NCBI RefSeq assembly: GCF_001949145.1
Contig: NW_019091359.1
Coordinates: 3,264,431 to 3,328,430 of the forward strand
Source of the DNA: Acanthaster planci
Lineage: Eukaryota
Reading direction: 5' to 3'
Length of the DNA stretch: 64,000 nucleotides
Positions 60,601 through 64,000 of this stretch are shown piece by piece (the stretch's first letter is position 1; each line of letters opens with the position of its first letter). Made by a program: the position numbers and the translations under genes. The notes beneath the pieces were generated by a model. The model had not been told where the DNA came from, did not search any database, and saw only the letters and a program-made list of their open reading frames with translations.

Positions 60601-63428
60601 GGAAGAAAGCTCTCTCTAACAGCCATGTGAAACAACGGGTGACATCACTCCCACCATATGTCATACACAACCTGGGTGAAAAGTGCAATGTATTAATAAT
60701 AATATATTAATCCTTATCGTGTGTTACTGGCGGCCATTACTTGTCCAATATGTATATCTGAATGCTCCATGATACCTTGTGTTTCTATGGGACAAGCCAT
60801 CTTCAACACAACAGACACTGGTCTTTTGGTCGCCAACATCCACAACACAAGCACTGCTAAGACCGCTTCCGTAGGTAGCTAACACTGACTCCTAAGAAGC
60901 AAAGACAGTGTTGGGGTCACAAGACTTCAACAAATCTTTACAAGAACAAACAAGTGTGTTTGCGTTTACCCCCAAATCATGCAGAGTCTCAATCTCGTTA
61001 TTCAAAAATTTAATTACTCAAACCCCATTCCTTGTGTACATCATCCTGTTTTATTTTGTGTTTTAAGCTGGTCAGCGTAAAATCATACTTTCACTGCAAG
61101 AAATCCACTCATTTTTTGTTTGAACTTAAAGTCCTATAAGTACGAACCTCTTTCAAAAAAAGCAATGAAAAGTTTTCATGTTGTTTGATTGTTACTGAAA
61201 TCGGTTGTGGAATCAGCAGCCTACCTGATGGACAATAGCAGCCCCAAAGCCCATCCTAAGCAATAAAAGGTTCATGAGTTCTTTGACATGAGGACGATGA
61301 TAGATATCTGGTATGATCAGGACAGCTCGATAATGCTGCAACCAGAAAATGATGCAAGAAAAACAAACACTCCGCATAAAACTTGAATTGTAAGCAGTCC
61401 TGTAATCAATATGCATCCCTGATTTACAAGTTACTAAACAAAATCTAAGTTACTAAACAAAATCTAAGTTACTAAACAAAATCTAGCATGCAAAAGAAAC
61501 ATCTTCAATTTCTTTGAAAGACAAGAGTACAATTACGAGATATTCAAAAGATTTCATTACACAGAAAGGTATCTTGCCCACACCTTTTGCTTTTATTACA
61601 ATGGAATTGCTTGTCTTTCCTTACAAAATTTCTCTGCCTGATTCCTAAGCCAAGTTTCAAAGTTTGCCAACCAATGAGTAAGTTCCCTGATGGTGACTTT
61701 TCTGCAGCGACTTATTTGAAGAAATGCAATTACTGGGATGGCAAGGCACTACTGCATGAATTTTTAAACTCTGGTTCTTGGTGAGCTACAACATCCTATT
61801 GGTGGAACAGGAACTTAGCATGATTGTACCACCTGCTTGTACCACCTGCTTATAAGCATGGTGCCATCACAGTAATTGCTTCTAAATCTCATCATTGGAT
61901 TCACCTATAAAAGTCACTGTCATGTACTTACTTTCAGGTCTTTGAGGGGTATGTTCAGTTTCTGTTGTAAGGTCATGCCCCAGACGGTCTCCAAGTCTTG
62001 CAGCACGCTTGTCAGTGACCCTCCAACACCACAGTGAAGGTTGAGCCCGCCTCGTCTGATTGGCCAATGAATGTTGAAACCATCGTTAGGTTCCAGATAT
62101 AAAGCCTAAAATTAAAAAAATTCACAAAAATGTGAAATCGACCATGTCATCAATTGACAAAAACTTTAAATGGTGCCTGGCATCAACTTGTCCAGTGAAC
62201 GATCTCATAAAGGTATAAATTATTGGTTATGACTGTAATAAAGAGGTCAACTCATGAGGCCAGTGTTTCTTGAGGAGTTGGAAGGAGGGGTCTAGAAATC
62301 ATCTGATGCTGGGGGCACTATGCAACGTCAACATTCTGACTCTATGCATGTACAGTATAGTGCTGTTCACTGCATCATGCTGACTTGACACAGGATTCTG
62401 CCAACGGGAAGAAAAGTTTTGTTGACAAAGCTGAAACAAGGAGGGTGGGAGTGTTGAGGGGAGGGTGACACTCCCACCCACCCCAGCTCCCGTATCTAAT
62501 AACTGCTGAAGTGTGTCATCTATGAAACAGGAACCATTTCACAGGATAAAAGATGTCTTCCATTCCTCAAATGAACAACATCCTTCAAGGACAAATTCCA
62601 CCAGAATTGAAATGCTAATGACTCAAGCTTTTCAGATCTACAGAAAAAAAGTAATTAGAAATGCTTACTTTTGGATCTTGTTAGATTTAGCATGGTTAAA
62701 ATTTTAACAGACATACCAAAACACTATGCAAAAAAAATATATTTATTCTATAGAACATAACAAGATCTAAGTCACTTGGGATCAGCTACCATTTTTCTCG
62801 TCAATGTCTTCTGTACTAACCTCTTCACCAATGATGAACTCTGGTTTGCTAGATGTGTCACTCCACTGCATACCTGAATTGTCATCTATTGGCTGTGATT
62901 TGACTGCACGGTTGAAACCAGTCACCTGACAATGAATAATATACTCCAAAAAAACTTCCATACTAAAGACAGATAACTTCACTTTATTCAGATGTCCCCA
63001 GTTCAAGTCAAAGTGGTATGCTCCACCCCAGCAAGTCCTTTAGTGGGGTGGGGATTAACATATCAGTCTAGAAATGGCTGATGCCTAAGGGTCTGTCTCA
63101 TAACTGACCCTGCTTTAAAAATTGCTCTGCTGCTGTTGCTAACAATAGCATCTGCATAAATGCACAAATGAAACCTCCTTGTGATGCATGGAATAGACGT
63201 ACATGTAAGCCACTTCTTATGCAGCTTCTTAATTCTGTCATCAACGAGGGAGAGAGCCACAAAACTGCGTCCAAATCATCAACCAGGCTGGCCCTACCAC
63301 CTTAATCACCGCCATACCTCTGCAGCAGGAACACTTTGTCTACGCTGACCCTGAGACGTCTTACGAGACCAGATGGCTTGCTCCACCATCTTGAGAGTAT
63401 GTTCTTGCTGAGTCTCACTATTAGGATG
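57620..63428 (-). CDS. ACTR8: Actin-related protein 8 (INO80 complex), last 10 exons; 5' exons lie right of the window
   Basis: Exons 63318-63428, 62821-62925, 61932-62105, 61225-61335, 60776-60891, 60518-60671, 59700-59936, 58805-59042, 58148-58314, 57620-57763, phases consistent. Motifs NIHWPIRRGGLN, YRAVLIIPDIY, ACVVDVGDQKTSVCCVEDG, YGGSDVTRCF, LKETFCHLDQ, KKKMYSCILVVGGG, RVLRE-like KVLRERSPFVW*. Confidence 0.95.
61428..61485. repeat. 19-bp tandem repeat x3 in an ACTR8 intron
   Basis: AAGTTACTAAACAAAATCT repeated three times. Confidence 0.85.
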
Positions 63429-64000
63429 CTGCAAGGATCAATCAATCAATCAATATCAATCTACACATGTAGTTCTTAATGCGGTGTCATTTTCCAATAA
63501 ACCTCTGCAATGATGACACCACACCCTGTGCTTTCCTATAGTGCTCAGTGGACCATGTGAGTGATGTTGTTAGTACACAGACCTGTTAAGCCCTGCGTTA
63601 GACAGTGTAGAATCAGAACCATTTGAACATAAGTTCAGGGTGCAATACAGTGTACTAAAAAAATTGGATAAGGTGATCAACGGGGCGCGCCATGATATCC
63701 AACTCTACGGGAGGGTGCACATACATGTATATGACAGTCAGTTACAAGCTAAGACATGCTTCATTAAGCTAATTACATGTATGTGTATGAACACAGAAAC
63801 TTGCTAAGCTTTTAAGACAATAGGTTAGCAGAAACAAGCAACAAGCCAAAAACTTCATGCATTGCTCACAACTGGTACCACTCATCTGGCTTTTTGGCTT
63901 AATTCATAAATTTCCTTAGTAAGCACTTTCGCTCAGTAGCTTTGTGAATAGGGCCATAATGTGAATACATGTATATTAATTTATATACTCTAACATGAGG

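Overview
Eukaryotic (metazoan) genomic DNA with GT-AG introns and several N gaps; an invertebrate deuterostome such as an echinoderm is my guess from gene and repeat content, not proven. I spliced all gene models by hand, because the ORF track misses most of them. Left to right: HSPA14 (minus, 3' end outside the window) head-to-head with a 4-exon MANF/CDNF gene; a C1orf74/DUF4504 gene head-to-head with a 2-exon PLCXD gene; a tRNA cluster (two Ile tRNAs with the unusual GAT anticodon, three Glu-CTC); a gapped tandem array of tRNA-Phe(GAA) units enclosing an intronless orphan class A GPCR and a deleted GPCR pseudogene copy; an unrecognised 10-exon, ~400-aa coiled-coil gene; a complete 6-exon selenoprotein K gene (in-frame UGA, 19-nt micro-exon, 3'-UTR SECIS); and ACTR8 (minus, 5' end outside the window). 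Introns hold LINE and Penelope relics and several tiny palindromic MITE families. I see no CRISPR or prokaryote-type system. The most notable signals are the hidden Sec gene, the G34 Ile tRNAs, the GPCR inside the tRNA-Phe array and two gene adjacencies that appear to be shared with human.
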